Assembly: GCF_009914755.1 (NCBI RefSeq)
Contig: NC_060937.1
DNA from: the human T2T-CHM13v2.0 reference genome, Homo sapiens
Reading direction: 5' to 3' (one strand)
DNA: 64,000 nt
Made by a program: the position numbers and the translations under genes. The notes beneath the pieces were generated by a model, which was not told the origin of the DNA, searched no databases, and worked only from the letters and a program-made list of their open reading frames with translations. Positions 59,305 to 64,000 of this stretch are shown here, in pieces. How positions within the stretch are numbered: position 1 is the first letter of the stretch; every line of letters starts with the position of its first letter.

Positions 59305-60999
59305 CCATCTTTTTTTTTTTTTTTGCCTATGCCAATCAGACACAGTCTTAATTGCAGATATACATGTTTTTCTACATGATTTCTCATTGTTGAAAGGTAG
59401 TATAGAAATTAGTCTCTTTTTATGCTGAGTGGAAATGAACAGTTTGGAAAAAGATTGTGGTTTGCTGACCTTTAAATCATCAAAATTCTGTAGGTTATAT
59501 ATTACAAATAAAAAATATTGAAAAATCTTACATTTCATTTTTTGAGGCAGAAATCTCCAGCCTCTCTCCCTGCCTATCCCCCGCCCATGCCCTCCACACA
59601 CAAAAGTGTGAGTTTTGGTTTCTGTGGTTGTCCAGTAATGAGAAAGTGCTACTGAGATCATTACTGAGTTTTAAATGTTTGGATGGTGGTGGTAAGGTAA
59701 TTAGGTGTTTCTGAATCCAATTTATTATGAGGGCAAAATCATTTTTCATTCAAGGGGGTTTGTTCTGTTATTCACACTTCATGATGAATTTGATTATTAT
59801 TAAAATGTCAAATAATACCCTTAGAAAATGCCTTACACGAGAATAAACAACTACAAAAATACCATTCAGATGCTACCTACCTCCCTTGCCAATCCTTTAC
59901 TGTAAAAGATTTGATCAATCTTTTGCATATAATACCCTATATGAGATATGTTCCATCACTGAATATCTTTCTCTGTCACCTATCCCTGGTGCATTAGGCT
60001 TTTAAACTCTGCCTTCAGGTTGATTGGGAATTGCATGCCTCATTTGGCACCTTTGCAAAACGGCCTATGATTTATTACACATCCTAGGTGGAGTTTACTG
60101 AACACAGTCATCAACCCCCAGAAGGCTCTGGAATCTCTTATCATCCTTAGCATTTTTTAGATGGCCAGATTTGGAGTTTAATACTAGTTTCCAGACATTT
60201 TATAATTTTCTGCATTTCTCAATAAATATAAGTACACTAGATCCATTTATTCAACCTGGCTCCATGACTTGGATGAACGGAGAAAACTAATAAGTTGCTA
60301 CTATCCAGGCCAAGATCAAAACTCCGCTATGAATTATAAGATCCCAAGCACCCAAATTTGCTTAAGAGTTCCCTAAGGTCACTTTTATTGATAATGCAAT
60401 ACAGTGTGTTTAAAATAGTGTGCCATAAAATGTGGGCTACGGAGGGGAATAGGATTCTAAGTCAAATGGGTTTGAGAAATGTTGTGTAAAATACAAGTGT
60501 AACATATATCATAGCATGTGCCACTACTGCCCAGAGATGTACTTGCATTTTAGTATATTGAAGACCATAACAAGTACTCTTATAAATTTAAAATCCATTA
60601 TATTCTATTTAACTCTTGCTTGTTTAAACTTATTCAATTACATAATTTCTTTTTTCCTATGTAATCTCTTTATATCTGGCTGAACTCTTATCACTAGGAC
60701 AGAATTTGGGAAATGCTGGCATAAAACTATTTTAAAGTTTGATATATCACGTGTACAATTTTCAATATTGTTTCCTGCAATTGTTCTACTATCTTAGAGA
60801 TTGTGTTTACTGATGTAGTGGGTATACTGTACTCTGTGATCTCACAATGCATTATTTAATAATAGTCAAAATGGAAAATTAAATTAAGACTGCTAGACTG
60901 TTTCACCTAGTGGTTTCTGTGTTTCGTCCATTATCAGTCTTTCTCCCCCCACTCCCACCACCTGTGGATTGGAAGAACAACTGCAGAGTTTCTCTATTC

Positions 61000-61340
61000 T
61001 GGGACCTTCACGATCATCTTGATGTTGTGATCTGCTGACCTTCCTAATTGTTGCTGATCCGCTGATCACCTCTCCTTCCCATCCTGTGGACTTCAGGCTT
61101 TAATTCAAGCTCTCCAGTTTCCAGCCTGCCTGTGGTCTTTCCTTCCTGGACACTGGCCCTGTGGACTTTCCGCTTGCTCAGCCAGTCCTTACAATTGTAT
61201 AATTTATTGTAATAGGTAAATAAATAATCTATATCTACATATCTGTGCATTTCTATATCCATAGCTCTGTGTCTGCACATATCTCTCTATCTCCTTATGT
61301 AAAGTCTTCTACTGGTTCTGCTTCCTTGGTTGAAGCTCTT
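61000..61340 (+). mobile_element. MLT2-type (ERVL) LTR 3' part
   Basis: ggccctgtggacttt..cttgctcagccagtccttacaattg..aataaat..ctactggttctgcttcc. Confidence 0.65.
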
Positions 61341-61939
61341 TTAGGGACTTCTCAAAATAGAGGCTTGAGGACAAAGGCAGCTCCTTTAATCTGAGTTTAC
61401 TGTTGGGCTGCCTCCCATTGTCCAGCATAGACCTCTCACTGGAAGACACTCGAAAAAGCACTGGACCTCAGTCTCCCACTGAGGCTGCTATTTAAGAGCC
61501 ATGAAAGACAACTGCTCTGGTTTCAGAAAGAGAAGTATTTCCCTTCAGATCTGCAAGGTCGCAGTTTATAAGACTCTCACTCTGTTGACATTGAAAGTGC
61601 CTTACTGTGCACTCCCATCCCTGAATGCAGACTGGAGAACACAGACAATGCTCATCTCTTCTCAGGGTTTTTTAAAAGGGGCAAGAAGCGGCCAGCAAAA
61701 ATCAATAATCTGAGTTTTCTTAGTATTCTTCCTAATGTTGCTGCACAGGTTGAAATGTGATCTGCCTTCTAAGAAACAGCAGGGACTTCTTTTGTCAAGG
61801 TTTTGTTAAGGTATGAGAAGCTTTCAGGTTACGCTAGCCCACACTGTGAAATACCCCTCCCTACTAATTCCACCAAACAAATGCTATTAGTTTAAGTCCT
61901 GCTACTTGTAAGCCCCCTACTTCCTGGTACCTACATCTA

Positions 61940-62268
<329 letters not shown>

Positions 62269-62878
62269 ATACTAGTTGGGAGTAGGTTTGCCTGTGAGTA
62301 TTAGTGATGGCAACAGCACACAACAAATTAAGAGGGGCTTAAACAAGACCTGTGTTTTTGTTCTTATGTTCAAAACGTCTGGTAATAATCTGGGTCATGG
62401 CTGGTATATTTCACCCTGCAGTCAGAAACTTAAGTACCATGTGTGAAGTGATGAGCTGGGAAACAAGCAAACAAAACTGTAGATTCCATAAGCAGCTATT
62501 GCAGCTGCAGAGCAGATACTGCCTTTTACTTTCAATAGGAGTTCTTCTCTAGCTACACCTGTGTCAGCATGGACATACGAAAATGACAAGAACACAAAAT
62601 GTGTTAGGGGTTTATATTCAACTCTAGGTAATTTCTTTTATATTTATATTACAAAATTGATGATGTTTAAGAAAACAAAGTTGTAAATGGCTTTCACTTT
62701 ATGTGTAGACATCATCATTACTTCTGTTGCTTAAGCCCATTTGGAGATTAAAAAAATAAATAAAGAGGAAATCTGGATTTCAACATCAGTGTGAGGCTCA
62801 GTTGTGAGAAACAAAGGTCATTTATAGAAAGCACTGTTTACATTTGATTGCCCATGGGAAACCTCTGAGCCAAACAAG

Positions 62879-62919
62879 GTAATGATTACACCAAATTGGA
62901 TGTAATGATTACACCAAAT
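62879..62919. repeat. 18-bp direct repeat, period 23
   Basis: gtaatgattacaccaaat at 62879-62896 and 62902-62919. Confidence 0.85.
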
Positions 62920-64000
62920 GTTAATGCTTCTCGTTAGAATGGAAGGTTTCAGTTCAGGGTATCTGGAGGCCACTGAGAATTCTTTCTAAGTATGGCTACA
63001 CAGTCTTTTCTGAAAGGACAAATTTGGAAGCAGCACTTTCAGACTTCCCTAGCATCAGTAAGTAGACACAAGCAGAGTTCAGCTTGAAGATGGAGATTAG
63101 TTAAGCGACACTAAAGGACAGACTAGGGAACAGAGAACCAAACAACAATGGAATGGGGAAAAGATTAGGTTTATACTGCTTGCTGAATTAGTACAGCCTA
63201 GCATGCTTGCCATGTTTTTTAACTATCATATCATGTATTACCAGAACAGAAAATAAATTCAGAATATTAACTTTCGTTTTATCTGGTGGATTTAAAATCC
63301 AGAAATTCCATCTAGTGCAAAACACCAAGATAATACTAGATAAAATATAAAACTGCAAGAATATACAGGAAGTCTTCAAATTTCTCAAAATGAGAAAGCA
63401 CTAATCCACAGAATTAAACTAGAGCTGAGGCTGGTGATGGTATGAGAAGTGAGCAAACTTGGCATCATTGTAGGAGATTTTTAACACTGTAATTTTTGTT
63501 TCAGTTAAATAAACTGGGTGTAGCACAGATTTAAATAACAGAATTAGTGCACTCTAGTGTTAGCAAATATTTGTTTCAAAGTACGCACAGAACCTCATGA
63601 AAATTGACCAAATTTTAGTAAAGATCAAAGAATAATTTTCGTATAAATCATTCATTCATTAACTAGAAATTGGTTCCAGAAGGCCTAGTTTAAAATCCTA
63701 TATATTTAGACATTAGAAATAAGATACAACTGAACAAAAACTGTTCAAATATTGAAGTAAAAATATAGAACGCATCGTTATTTAACTTTATATGTGCACG
63801 TTTAGAGGTATACATATTTATTATCATTAGAAGACAATTTTCATGTGAGTTATTTTCTCATGTTCCCATCAAACCCTTCTGAATCTATATCATTACTTCC
63901 CTTTTGAAGATGAATAACCAGAAGTTCTTCAAAAAGTTAAGCCCTTCATCTAAGTTGACGCAACATTTAATATTGGGAAGAGGGTTTAAACCTTTCGGTT

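Overview
AT-rich primate genomic DNA, most likely hominoid (human-like) given AluY and an L1PA2-type insertion. No intact protein-coding gene, RNA gene, CRISPR array or prokaryotic system is supported; nearly all ORF-track entries are Alu, L1, LTR or microsatellite read-throughs or chance ORFs. Much of the window is interspersed repeat: 18 Alu copies or fragments, a 5.6-kb L1PA4/PA5-like element with intact ends, TSDs and a ~0.55-kb RT deletion (48307-53904, -), a twin-primed L1PB with a nested L1PA2, a truncated HERV-L/MLT2A provirus with a dUTPase remnant, MaLR/ERVL LTRs, and old L1M, L2, MIR and MER fragments. The most interesting unexplained signal is a chain of five phase-compatible, splice-site-bounded segments on the minus strand (26149 to 14365), with an RFX-like motif upstream. 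It may be a decayed multi-exon gene (candidate unitary pseudogene); I cannot name the family and chance is not excluded. Other findings are templated hairpin insertions, reused L1-endonuclease sites, a close inverted AluY pair, small tandem repeats and two candidate regulatory elements. Repeat subfamily names come from recalled consensus features, not a RepeatMasker run, and boundaries of old repeats are approximate.
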